In this document: in pieces, positions 20,445 to 29,850 of the stretch
Layout: every line of letters starts with the position of its first letter
Position numbering within the stretch: the first letter of the stretch is position 1
From: an uncultured Nitrososphaerota archaeon
Lineage (GTDB): Archaea; Korarchaeota; Korarchaeia; Korarchaeales; Korarchaeaceae
Reading direction: 5' to 3'
Assembly: GCA_964618805.1 (NCBI GenBank)
Contig: CAZUBM010000001.1
Coordinates: forward strand, 192,010-256,009
DNA length: 64,000 nt
Position numbers and translations under genes: made by a program
Notes under the pieces: model-generated
Databases searched by the model: none
What the model was told of the DNA's origin: nothing
The model's input: only the letters and a program-made list of their open reading frames with translations

Positions 20445-21200
20445 CTAAGGCATTAAAACAGCTTTAAACAATTCTATAGATCTACCAGACGATGTGCAAC
20501 AGATCTCAGGCATTCTCTCTATTAATATCTGGGAGAAGTAGTTTGCAGCAAGTTTTTGGAACTCTACAGGATCAAATCCTGAGTGAACATCACCCATTTC
20601 TCTTCTAAATTCTTCAAACTGGTGTTTGCAAAGGTCAATTATGATAACTCGGCCGCTTGGCTTAACACTTTCTCTTAGGCTAGAAAAAGCATTTTTAACT
20701 TCCTTAACATGATGTAGTGTGAGGATTGAGATAATGACATCAAACTTATCTGGGAGAGCAAAATAACGAGAGGAGTAAAGGACACTCTCCCTTATTTTCT
20801 CCATAATTCCAATAATTGGAATTATATCTCTTCTCCTGGATGCAAGAACTTTAAGCATATCAGGCGTTAGATCCATCGCAAAAAAACTAGCATTTGGTAA
20901 GAAAGATCTGATCCTATCCATTATTTTTTCAGTTAGGAGACCAGTTCCTGCTCCAACATCAAGTATGTCAAGCAACCTATCGCTGGGAGGAATAGCTAAA
21001 GATTCTAGAACAGAATCCACTATTCTCTCGATACCTTTTGGCCCAAAGTAATCTAACAAAATCTTATCTCTCTTTTGGGCCTCTTTTAATGAGAAATGCT
21101 TAGCTTGACTAAGATAGTTTTCAATATTGTTTATCTTGAGTTCTGTTAGTAAATCCTTTAGATTAAAAGACTCTAAGTATGATTGCACACAGCTGTACAT
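20445..21200 (-). CDS. Class I SAM-dependent methyltransferase
   Basis: ILDVGAGTG, DLTPDML and FDVIISILTLHHV. Confidence 0.88.
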   Translation of the reverse strand: MYSCVQSYLESFNLKDLLTELKINNIENYLSQAKHFSLKEAQKRDKILLDYFGPKGIERIVDSVLESLAIPPSDRLLDILDVGAGTGLLTEKIMDRIRSFLPNASFFAMDLTPDMLKVLASRRRDIIPIIGIMEKIRESVLYSSRYFALPDKFDVIISILTLHHVKEVKNAFSSLRESVKPSGRVIIIDLCKHQFEEFRREMGDVHSGFDPVEFQKLAANYFSQILIERMPEICCTSSGRSIELFKAVLMP

Positions 21201-21678
21201 CTAGGGAAGTTGCATGTATTCTTTAAAAGACTCCTTTAGCAAAAATGCAAGATCTCTTTTTATTTTTCTAGAGAACATTTCCCTAAAATGAATATTTCCT
21301 AAAAAGGAGGTTGAAGAGCATAAGAGCAACTTAAGAAGAGGTTTTCAGATCATAATAGATGGAAGATCACTACAAAATGGTGATCTTATTAATAGGCTGC
21401 ATAAACCTTAGCCTTGATCCTAACTCGGAGGAGGCATCGAAGCATTGGATTCGAACAAAATCTGTTAAATAGGATCATAAAGACACTAAAAAAGCAATGA
21501 ATAACATAGTGAGAGATAAGAGTTTCTGGGGCCATAGAGATTGCCGCAATTGCGTTGTTGATGACCAAAGCATGTTTATGTTTCTGAGAAATGTAGATAG
21601 CTCAAATCAATTGACAGATCTTTGCCGAAATATGCAGGGATTTATTTAGTAAGAACAAAAGTTAGCAGTTGGTGAAAG

Positions 21679-22455
21679 ATGCAGGTAGATTTGATCCTCC
21701 CAACGGTATCTTTAATCTTCCTTAACTTTGTAGTTTGGACTTATCCTCGATTAGAGCCCAGAATGAAGCAATTTTTGGAAGAGGGAGAATTCTCGGTCAA
21801 AGATGCGCTAGCATTAGCTCTTGTTTTGGCAGGTGCCATCGTTATCTTAGCCCTATCTCCAAGCGCTCTCCTTCTAATTCTTTCTATGATAGGAATAGGT
21901 TTTGTTCTCAATCTAACTTCATTAATTATAACTGGGAACCGCTGGATTTCTGTGATTTTGCCGAGCACCTTTTATGTATGCTTCTTCTTTTTCTGGAACT
22001 TAAAGCTTCTGAATTTATTTGCGATAGTCTTAGCATTTGGGGCTTCATTGATCCTAGCAAACGTATTTACCTGGAAGTCTTCCCTAGCATTCGTTGCCAT
22101 CCTTACATTGATTGACATCATACACGTATTTGGCACTAAGATGATGGTAGAAGTCGGTCAAAAAGGAATTCAGCTTGGACTGCCGATTATGCTATTGTTG
22201 CCAGCCTATCCTGCAAGAGGCTACTTAGGATTTGGTCTAGGTGACTTGTTTGTAGCATCCCTAATTACAGTTAGAAACTGGGAAAAGTTTGGTGGAAGAG
22301 CTGGATTAGTAACCTCTATTCATATCGCTATATTCCTAGGGTTAATGATACCGGTTGTTGAAAGGTTTGGAGCATTGCCTGCTACCGTCTTTATCTCTGC
22401 TGGTTGGGTTACTTCATATATCCATATGAAAATTATGAGAGAAAGGAATTCATGA
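21679..22455 (+). CDS. Presenilin/signal-peptide-peptidase-like GxGD intramembrane aspartyl protease
   Basis: Multi-TM protein with first Asp in LIDIIHVF, GLGD, and a C-terminal LPA motif. Confidence 0.82.
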   Translation: MQVDLILPTVSLIFLNFVVWTYPRLEPRMKQFLEEGEFSVKDALALALVLAGAIVILALSPSALLLILSMIGIGFVLNLTSLIITGNRWISVILPSTFYVCFFFFWNLKLLNLFAIVLAFGASLILANVFTWKSSLAFVAILTLIDIIHVFGTKMMVEVGQKGIQLGLPIMLLLPAYPARGYLGFGLGDLFVASLITVRNWEKFGGRAGLVTSIHIAIFLGLMIPVVERFGALPATVFISAGWVTSYIHMKIMRERNS

Positions 22456-22666
22456 CTCCCTATTCATGTCCTTCAATCCTCCTGTCAATAGAAGATAAAG
22501 CCTTAGAAGATTAGATATAACCGCGGTTCTCCGAATCACTTAATGATTCTTTCTCCTCAATTAGGAAAGTTGCAAAAAGGTTCTTAATTCCCTAGATAAT
22601 TAAACTATGGCTTTTGAATAATATTTTATCGTTTCATAGCAGAAACAGGAATTGGTGCATTAAGAG

Positions 22667-23299
22667 TTGAAGGCGCTTATTACCGGATTCGAAAAGTGGG
22701 GTGAGGAACCGGGAAATCCAACTGAAAGGCTTGTAAGCATATTAGATGGTAAAAAAGTAAATGGCATGGAGATCCACGCATTTCTACTTCCAGTAGCCTT
22801 TAAAAGAGCTAGAAAAGAGATTATATCAAGGATTGAGCAGATAAAGCCCGATATCATAATTAACACTGGTCTGGCCGCCAGCAGACTTGTTATCTCTATA
22901 GAAAGGGTTGCCGTGAACATAATCGATGCAAGACTTCCAGATAACGATGGTGTAAGGCCAATAGACGAACCAATAGATCCGGAGGGTCCCTTTGCATATC
23001 CCTCAACTTTACCTACTAGAAGAATTCTAGAACGCCTAAAGTCGAGTGGAATACCGGCAAAATTATCTTACTCTGCAGGAACGTACTTATGCAACTTTGT
23101 CATGTACCTCTCTTTAAGAACGATAGATAAGCTTGGAATGCACTCTCTTGCTGGTTTTATTCACGTTCCGCACACACCGGATTTAGCCGCAAAGAAAGAT
23201 AAACCTACACCGAGTATGTCAATAGATTTGATGGAAAAGGCCATTAAGATAGCACTAGAGGAGAGCTCTACATATCTTTCTAATAGAATTAGAAGTTAA
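22667..23299 (+). CDS. pcp: Pyrrolidone-carboxylate peptidase
   Basis: LITGFE, ERVAVN, SAGTYLCN and GFIHVP (Glu-Cys-His triad). Confidence 0.93.
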   Translation: MKALITGFEKWGEEPGNPTERLVSILDGKKVNGMEIHAFLLPVAFKRARKEIISRIEQIKPDIIINTGLAASRLVISIERVAVNIIDARLPDNDGVRPIDEPIDPEGPFAYPSTLPTRRILERLKSSGIPAKLSYSAGTYLCNFVMYLSLRTIDKLGMHSLAGFIHVPHTPDLAAKKDKPTPSMSIDLMEKAIKIALEESSTYLSNRIRS

Positions 23300-23390
23300 G
23301 GCCAAATATCAAGCAATGAAAAGAGGAATGAAGTGATTAAAGCAAGCCTCCCCTATAAATAGAGGTAAGATCCTATCCAAACGATCTAAG

Positions 23391-24283
23391 TTGTCAGCAT
23401 CAAAAAGGACAATTGCTCTCACCGAGGCTCTTATCACTACGTTTCTATGGTCTTCTTCTTACATTTTGATAAAACGTGGGCTTGTGACCATAAGTCCCCT
23501 TCTATTTGCGGGCACTAGGTACTTTCTAGCCTTTCTTTGTCTCTTAGCTGTTTTTACTTTGACTAAGAGAGCCCTTCCCTCAATAGAAGGAAAGCAATGG
23601 GCTTATTTGGCATGTTTGGGGCTTTCAGGATATGCAGGAATGCCAGCATTCCAGTTCTTAGGATTACTTTATCTTGGGGCAACCGATTCTGCATTTATCT
23701 CGAACTTCAATCCCCTATTTGTTGCTCTCATTTCATGGATCGTGAAAAAGAGGTCTCATGGAAAAAGGCAGTGGACTGGGTTTTTTCTTTCATTAATTGG
23801 AGCTACTATCTATTTTTTCCTGAAATACAGCTAAGATCAAGGGATAAAGCCCTAGGTATAGCTCTAACAGCCATTTCTGGCCTCTTTTGGGGGATCTACA
23901 TGGTATTAGCTGAAAAAAGAACATCAGAAGAGTTAGATGTCCTGTCAAGAACGACAATCTCAATGGGTTTAGGAAGCGTTCCTCTTCTGCTCCTTTCCTT
24001 TTTAGTTGAGGGAACAAGGCTTGTCAAGTCATCTTGGATTTACATCTTGTGGTTAGGGATAGTGAATACAGCAATAGCCTTTACATTATGGATTCGTTCT
24101 CTCGAAGAACTTAGGGCTTTTGAGACATCAATCCTGCAGAATACTATGTTAATTCAAATAGCCCTGCTTTCTATGCTATTCTTGGACGAAGCCCTATCTT
24201 TTAACAAGATAATAGGCATGATCCTCGTGCTTACGGGAGCTATCTTGGCGCAAAAAACCAAAAAGGGCTCAAGGCAAATCTAA
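23391..24283 (+). pseudogene. EamA/DMT transporter split by a -1 frameshift at 23813-23819
   Basis: ORFs 23391..23834 and 23597..24283 join into a 10-TM EamA protein if one T is added to TATTTTTTCC. Could be a pseudogene, recoding or a sequencing error. Confidence 0.75.
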
Positions 24284-24308
24284 GGATTCTATGAAAATCC
24301 TAGAGGAT

Positions 24309-25001
24309 TTACTCGCGCTCCATCAAAGGAACTATGCGCTCAAGTACATAGTTGATGAAAGTCTCCTCATCTATCTTACTGAAAATAGTCACAACACAGT
24401 TTCTAGTTAGCCCAACAACCAATCCGTACTTCTTATCCTCAAAGACAACATACCAGATTTTTCCATGTTTGAGGTATTCGTGATATAATGTAGTATCTTG
24501 AAGAGCATTTCCATAGAGGGCCAGCTTATTTATGTTTGGCAAATCGACCTGATCGAAATATATAACTTTAGTAGCCTCAGGATTGGATTCATGTAGCTCT
24601 TTTAGAGTCTCATGAGTTATCTTAGCCTCTACTACGGCTCCTGGTCCTGGAATTATTATCTCACCAAGCTTTGAGGCTATGTTATTCGCTATTCTCCACT
24701 TTTCAACAACAAAAAGCAATGTTATTCCTTCTCTCTCGGTAAAAAAGAAGCCTGACTCCCTCGTGAATAGGTTGTATCTTAGCTCTCCTCTATAAGTCGT
24801 TGGGATGACCTTGTCCTCAGAGTAAATCCCCCACAAGAGGTCTTTTCTGAAGTCAAGCTCTCTTACTTCACTCATTAACTTAATCTCCTGTCCTCCATAT
24901 TCTTCAACTCTTTCCATTTTCCAATCTTTCAATTTTTCAGCAATCAGTTCTAATGGAACCCTTTCCTCCAACTTGAAAAGCTTTCCTGCTAAAACCATCA
25001 A
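24309..25001 (-). CDS. Hypothetical alpha/beta protein, divergent from the smc-like gene
   Basis: 230-aa ORF with normal codon usage and no recognised motif. Confidence 0.75.
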   Translation of the reverse strand: MMVLAGKLFKLEERVPLELIAEKLKDWKMERVEEYGGQEIKLMSEVRELDFRKDLLWGIYSEDKVIPTTYRGELRYNLFTRESGFFFTEREGITLLFVVEKWRIANNIASKLGEIIIPGPGAVVEAKITHETLKELHESNPEATKVIYFDQVDLPNINKLALYGNALQDTTLYHEYLKHGKIWYVVFEDKKYGLVVGLTRNCVVTIFSKIDEETFINYVLERIVPLMERE

Positions 25002-25305
25002 CGTAGAAATTCACAGATAATATTAAACAATATCTTGTGAAAATCCATGCTCTTCTCATGACCAAATTTTGGCCTTCAAGCACGAGACATAAAAATAAAG
25101 AATATTCATGATCTCATTCTCTAGATGATGATTTATAGATAAGTTGATGGTCTGAACAGGCAAATTAGGATATAATGGTAGTAAAGAGATGGGGAGGAAG
25201 AAAATAAGCATGACATCGGACGAACCCAGACCTACAAATTCTTTTTAGGTCAGGATAAGTTCATGTCTTCCAAGGTAGGAGAACGTATTATCAAGGAGAC
25301 CAACG

Positions 25306-27120
25306 ATGCCATCTACTTACATCAAGGAGGTTGTGCTAGAGGACTTCATGTCATACGAATACTCAAGAGTACCGCTTAAACCAGGTCTTAACATAATAAC
25401 TGGCCCTAATGGAGCTGGAAAGTCCTCAATAATCCTTGGAATAGCTGTCGCAATGGGTCAGACATACACTGAGAGGTCCAGAAGGCTCAGAGATCTAATT
25501 AGAAGGGGAAAAAATGTTGCTCGTGTTACCGTAGTGCTTGATAATAGGCCAGTTGATGGAAAGAGGCCCATTCCCTTTTCGAGAAAGGATGAGGTCAGAA
25601 TATCTCGATATTTGAGATCTGACGGAACATATTGGTTTGAAATGGACTACAAACCGATAGATAAGGCGGAAGTTGTCTACAGACTTTCTCGCCTTGGAAT
25701 AAATCCTAACAACATGCTGATTATAATGCATCAAGGGATGGTAAGCGATTTCAGTCGTCTTTCTCCACAAGATAGGTTGAAGTTGGTAGAGGAGGCGGCT
25801 GGATTACACGAATATAGAGAAAGGATTCTAGATGCTAGAAAAAAGTTAGAGGAGATCGTTAGTGAAGAAGAGTCCCTAAAGGAGCTGCTATCAAAGAGCG
25901 AAAAGACGATGGGATACTGGGAAGAGCAATACAGTAGATTGCTTGAGAAAAGGGAGCTCAGAGAAAAACTTAGAAAGCTGAGACTTGAGCTGGCATGGTC
26001 AAAGTGGAACTTACAACTGAAGAATGTTGAGAAGATAAGGACCAGGATAGCTCAAAGAGAGTTAGAAGCCAATAAACTGCAAAAAAGGCTGAATGAAGCA
26101 GAAAAAACGGCTAAAGAAGCTAGAGAAGAGCTAAAGAAATCATGGAAGTCCTTAGAGGAGGCCTTCCTTGATCTCTCCATCGAGGAGAGAGCGCTAGGTA
26201 GAATGGAAGCATCCTCAGGAGAATTGATAAAAGAAGCGATGAAAAGCGTGGAGACTGCAAGAGCTAAAGTAGAGGCCCTAAAATCATCGTTCTTCAAGAA
26301 ACAGGAGGAATTAATAGAAGCATCCGTCGAGAGAGCTTTAAGTGAGTTCAGGCTGAAGATGATTAGAAGTGAGATATCAAAACTTAAGAGAAAATTATCA
26401 GAAGCCGAGCAAAAACTCTTAGATATCGAAAATGAAGCTAAGAATCTAGGACCTAAAGTAGAGACAGAAAGATCTCCTGATGAAATAATACAAGAGATAA
26501 GGTTTGCCTCGGCTAGACTCTCTACACTAACCGATGTCTCAGATGACACGGAGCAAATGTATCTAAACTATTCAAAAATGCTTGAAGAACTCAGAGAAAA
26601 AGTAAGAATCCTTGCGGAGAACAAAAGAGCAGCAATCAAGGAACTAGAGGAGAGAAGTAGACTCTGGAGAAGGAGACTTAAGTCCTTAGTAAGTGAGATA
26701 AATAAGACTTTTAACGACATACTTGAGAGGCTTGACGCCAAGGGAGAGGTCAGACTAACGGATCTGGAGGATGTTGAGAAGGCTGGCCTCAGAATATTCG
26801 TAGGTTATAGAGGATCCCCCCTTGCTGAACTAGATCCTTTCACACAAAGCGGAGGAGAAAGAAGTACTGCAATTATAGCCTTTCTCCTCTCCCTTCAAAA
26901 ACAAATGAAATCTCCAATAAGAGTAGTGGACGAATTTGATGTTCACATGGATCCAGCCAATAGGGAAAGAATATTCGAGCAAATATTTGAGATTCTAAAG
27001 GAAGCAGGAGGACAGAGCATTTTTGTTACTCCTAGAAGACTGGTGGGATTAAAGAAGGGCACACATATCATCGTAGTCCAAAATGTTGAAGGAGCATCGG
27101 AGATTCGGGAAGTTAGTTAA
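25306..27120 (+). CDS. Short SMC-family ATPase, Smc5/6-like head
   Basis: Walker A GPNGAGKS, Q-loop MHQG, long coiled coil, signature QSGGERS, and Walker B/D-loop SPIRVVDEFDVHMD. Confidence 0.9.
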   Translation: MPSTYIKEVVLEDFMSYEYSRVPLKPGLNIITGPNGAGKSSIILGIAVAMGQTYTERSRRLRDLIRRGKNVARVTVVLDNRPVDGKRPIPFSRKDEVRISRYLRSDGTYWFEMDYKPIDKAEVVYRLSRLGINPNNMLIIMHQGMVSDFSRLSPQDRLKLVEEAAGLHEYRERILDARKKLEEIVSEEESLKELLSKSEKTMGYWEEQYSRLLEKRELREKLRKLRLELAWSKWNLQLKNVEKIRTRIAQRELEANKLQKRLNEAEKTAKEAREELKKSWKSLEEAFLDLSIEERALGRMEASSGELIKEAMKSVETARAKVEALKSSFFKKQEELIEASVERALSEFRLKMIRSEISKLKRKLSEAEQKLLDIENEAKNLGPKVETERSPDEIIQEIRFASARLSTLTDVSDDTEQMYLNYSKMLEELREKVRILAENKRAAIKELEERSRLWRRRLKSLVSEINKTFNDILERLDAKGEVRLTDLEDVEKAGLRIFVGYRGSPLAELDPFTQSGGERSTAIIAFLLSLQKQMKSPIRVVDEFDVHMDPANRERIFEQIFEILKEAGGQSIFVTPRRLVGLKKGTHIIVVQNVEGASEIREVS

Positions 27121-27286
27121 ATTTCTTTAACAAATTTAACTTAAATTGCAATATCTCCTTTACAAGGAACAGTGCCTAAGCAATAGGAATAAGATTATTT
27201 GAAGAACAAGAAGCCTTTCCTCATGGAAATCTTCCCTCAAACTTTTATTTTTTCAAGAATCACTTCACCGGCTCAGGTGGCTATTC

Positions 27287-27655
27287 ATGCCGACGCTTAG
27301 TTCTAATATTAACTCCCTTTTAGAACAGTTTGTAAAACGCACGCTCGGAATGGAGGCAGTAGCTCTGGTTACGATGGATGGCCTGATAATGGCCTCCTCA
27401 CTACCATCTGGTGCAGGAGAAGAGAGAGTAGCAGCGATGTCTTCTGCTCTGCTTAGTATTGCTTCAAGGATAACAGAAGAATTAGAAAGGGGAGAATTCA
27501 AAAGAGCTTTGGTAGCCGGTTCTGAAGGGTTCATCGTTTTAGTTCCCTCTAGTTCTGGTTTTCTTCTAACCGCGGTATGTTCTAAGGACGCAAGGCTCGG
27601 CATGGTACTTTTTGAAATAAATAAGCTAGCTACTTTCTTATCAAGGGAATCATGA
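27287..27655 (+). CDS. Roadblock/LC7 (MglB-like) protein
   Basis: AVALVTMDGLIMASSL..EERVAAMSSALLSIASRITEEL.RG...RLGMV. Confidence 0.88.
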   Translation: MPTLSSNINSLLEQFVKRTLGMEAVALVTMDGLIMASSLPSGAGEERVAAMSSALLSIASRITEELERGEFKRALVAGSEGFIVLVPSSSGFLLTAVCSKDARLGMVLFEINKLATFLSRES

Positions 27656-27852
27656 CCTACTTCTGACTAGGATGGAACTTAGAGCTCTTTTTTCCCTAAG
27701 GAAGGATATTACTTTATGGATTGTGCTGCCTCAGGAAATTTCCACTAATTAGTCAAACTAACTCTTATTCATGTTCTAGAGATTGTAACATCCTTTATTA
27801 ACGATAGTCAATTCACTGGTGTTGATCATCACTTACAAGTAAGGTGCCTCTA

Positions 27853-28659
27853 ATGAGGTCTAGACTAAAGAAGAGAAGGGAGATCTTGCTAAGGATCTTG
27901 GACTTATGCGAGAAGGCTATAAAGGAGGAGGCGGATCCCTTTCAAGTCGATGTTGTCCAGTTATTTGGGAAATTGAGGGAATTGCTTCCAGAATTGGAGA
28001 CAGAAGAGGAGTTTTACTTAGATCTAGAAGCAGTTTTAGGCCTTACTTCAGTAATTTTGAAGCAGGAAGAATGGATTCGATATAGATCATCCCTTATGTT
28101 CCTAGACCCTCTTTTGGTCCTTCTAAAGATAGAGAAACTAGGTGATAAAGACCTTGCCGATGTGCTGAGGAGGAGTTGGAGGCCGATTGTAGAGGCCAGA
28201 GGGGTTTCTCCACTATTCCTGGAAAAGGCAGTGGAATATTGGAGGACCCTTCCTGCTCTTGAGGAAAGAAGATTAGAATTAGGAGAAATGGAGGAACGGA
28301 CAGGAACTCTAACTCTTTCTGATCTAGCAACTTTAGGATTTGCTTCCGAAGACGAATTCTTATCTTTCCTGGAATCTGAGGAAGAGAGACTAAAGGAAGA
28401 AGCCAAGAAGAGGGGAGGAGAAGTTCCTTATTGGGAGTTTATTGGAGCTGAAACCTTTGAAGAGACTATAAAAAGAGCCTATCTTGTTAGTTTCCTTTGT
28501 AGTTATGGGAGGGCAACAATAAGGAGAGATCCTCTCTCTGGTGAGATGTGGCTCGTCCCCTTGAAGAAACCACTAGGTACTAAGGTTTCCCTCGCAATAC
28601 CTATAGATGAGGAGAGGTGGAAAAGGAGGAATGTCGGAGGAGGCAGAGCTAAGAGCTAA
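27853..28659 (+). CDS. Kleisin (ScpA/Nse4-like) subunit
   Basis: N-terminal DPFQVDV resembles ScpA DPWDIDI. C-terminal winged helix VPYWEFI...KRAYLVSFLCSYGRATIRRDPLSGEMWL. ATG 27853 is 6 nt after GGTG. Confidence 0.72.
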   Translation: MRSRLKKRREILLRILDLCEKAIKEEADPFQVDVVQLFGKLRELLPELETEEEFYLDLEAVLGLTSVILKQEEWIRYRSSLMFLDPLLVLLKIEKLGDKDLADVLRRSWRPIVEARGVSPLFLEKAVEYWRTLPALEERRLELGEMEERTGTLTLSDLATLGFASEDEFLSFLESEEERLKEEAKKRGGEVPYWEFIGAETFEETIKRAYLVSFLCSYGRATIRRDPLSGEMWLVPLKKPLGTKVSLAIPIDEERWKRRNVGGGRAKS

Positions 28660-29191
28660 GTTGAAGAGAGCGGCTCACATGCTCTTCTTCAGAACTCACT
28701 CTAAGCCAGGAGTCAAGGGATGGGAACTCAAAAAGGGCCTCGGAAAGAACTACCTTCAGGTAATTGACCTACTTAACAAGGAGTTGGAAAGGATAGGTCT
28801 TAGGATAGAAACGATCTCGCAGGAAGGAGGGAAGCCTAAGAACGAGAAAGATTTCCTTTACAGCAGCTTTTTCATAACCTTTAAGGACCCTCCAGACTGG
28901 CCTGAGGTACGAGGTTCTGGATGGAGGATAGATGAAATGGCAGCACTAACAGCATGCCTCTCTCTAATCCTCTCAAGAGGAGGAAAAGTTAAGAGAAAGG
29001 AGATAGATGAGCTACTTGAGAAGAAAATACCTTCTTGGAGGGCTAGAGCGATAACTGAGAGATTCTTTAGACTGGGATACCTTTCTCTTGGTGAAGAGGA
29101 CGGAGTTATTGTTGGTTGGAGGAGCAGAGTGGAGATAGATCTACAAAAACTCATGAATCTGCTTTTAGGTAGGGAAACAGAGGGTAATTAG
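28631..29191 (+). CDS. Tandem winged-helix KITE protein (Nse3/MAGE- or Nse1-like)
   Basis: HMLFFRTHSKPGVK..ELKK...LNKELERIGLRIETI and LSLILSRGG...ITERFFRLGYL...VGWRSRVEID. Overlaps the kleisin stop, with AGGAGG before the ATG. Confidence 0.68.
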   Translation: MSEEAELRAKLKRAAHMLFFRTHSKPGVKGWELKKGLGKNYLQVIDLLNKELERIGLRIETISQEGGKPKNEKDFLYSSFFITFKDPPDWPEVRGSGWRIDEMAALTACLSLILSRGGKVKRKEIDELLEKKIPSWRARAITERFFRLGYLSLGEEDGVIVGWRSRVEIDLQKLMNLLLGRETEGN

Positions 29192-29252
29192 ATAATTTTG
29201 AAAGTATAAACTTATAATTCAGCAAAATCCTAAAGTAGTTAAGGTGTAGTTC

Positions 29253-29669
29253 GTGAGTTCTGGGGTGCTAAAAACCGTAGGATCTTTTTTGGATAAAATG
29301 GGTGTTAAGTATGTCCTAGATGAGGAAAAAAGTCTAATATTGAGTAGCTGGTCCATAGAGGACAAGCCATTTACCGTGGGCATTTGGTCAGCAGGACCTT
29401 GGCTGATTATCAGGGGCTATATACTACCGAAATCTATGGTTCCCAGAGAAAAAGAGCTTCAACTTTACAAAAAACTGTTGAACACTCATTATAATTTAGC
29501 GGAAGTTAGATACGACATAGATGAGGAGGGAAATATAGGAACAACCCAATCAATCCCTTTAGAAGGGTTAAACATGAATAACTTCCAATCCGAGTTCAAT
29601 GCTGTTCTTTACGCTATTAAGTTCTTTCTAACAGACATAGCAGGGAAGTTGGGTATAGAAATCAAGTAG
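29253..29669 (+). CDS. YbjN/T3SS-chaperone-like fold protein
   Basis: FLDKMGVKY...LYKKLLNTHYNLAEVRYDIDEEGNI pattern. Confidence 0.55.
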   Translation: MSSGVLKTVGSFLDKMGVKYVLDEEKSLILSSWSIEDKPFTVGIWSAGPWLIIRGYILPKSMVPREKELQLYKKLLNTHYNLAEVRYDIDEEGNIGTTQSIPLEGLNMNNFQSEFNAVLYAIKFFLTDIAGKLGIEIK

Positions 29670-29850
29670 ATTAGATTAGGATTCATTCTACGATCCGATC
29701 TTCAAAAAGCTTGGACCTGCTTGATCTAATATATTCTTAGGATAGAATGAGTAAGTAGTCGCTTGATAAGGATCCAAAAACCCGACTCACAAACAACCTA
29801 CTATAGAAGTTTATTTGTTCTCAAAGCACTTGGCCAGTAGGGGTTATCAA

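Noticed and set aside
21363-21387. Hairpin AAGATCACTA-CAAAA-TGGTGATCTT as an ncRNA
   Set aside because: A single AT-rich stem with no other structure or recurrence; insufficient support.
25125-25155. C/D box sRNA (ATGATGA...CTGA)
   Set aside because: Only about 20 nt separate the boxes, with no convincing D'/C' pair or terminal stem.
25306-29191. Wadjet/MksBEFG or Rad50-Mre11 assignment for the SMC cluster
   Set aside because: No TOPRIM JetD/MksG, Mre11, NurA or HerA is nearby, there is no zinc hook, and the gene order and head motifs differ.
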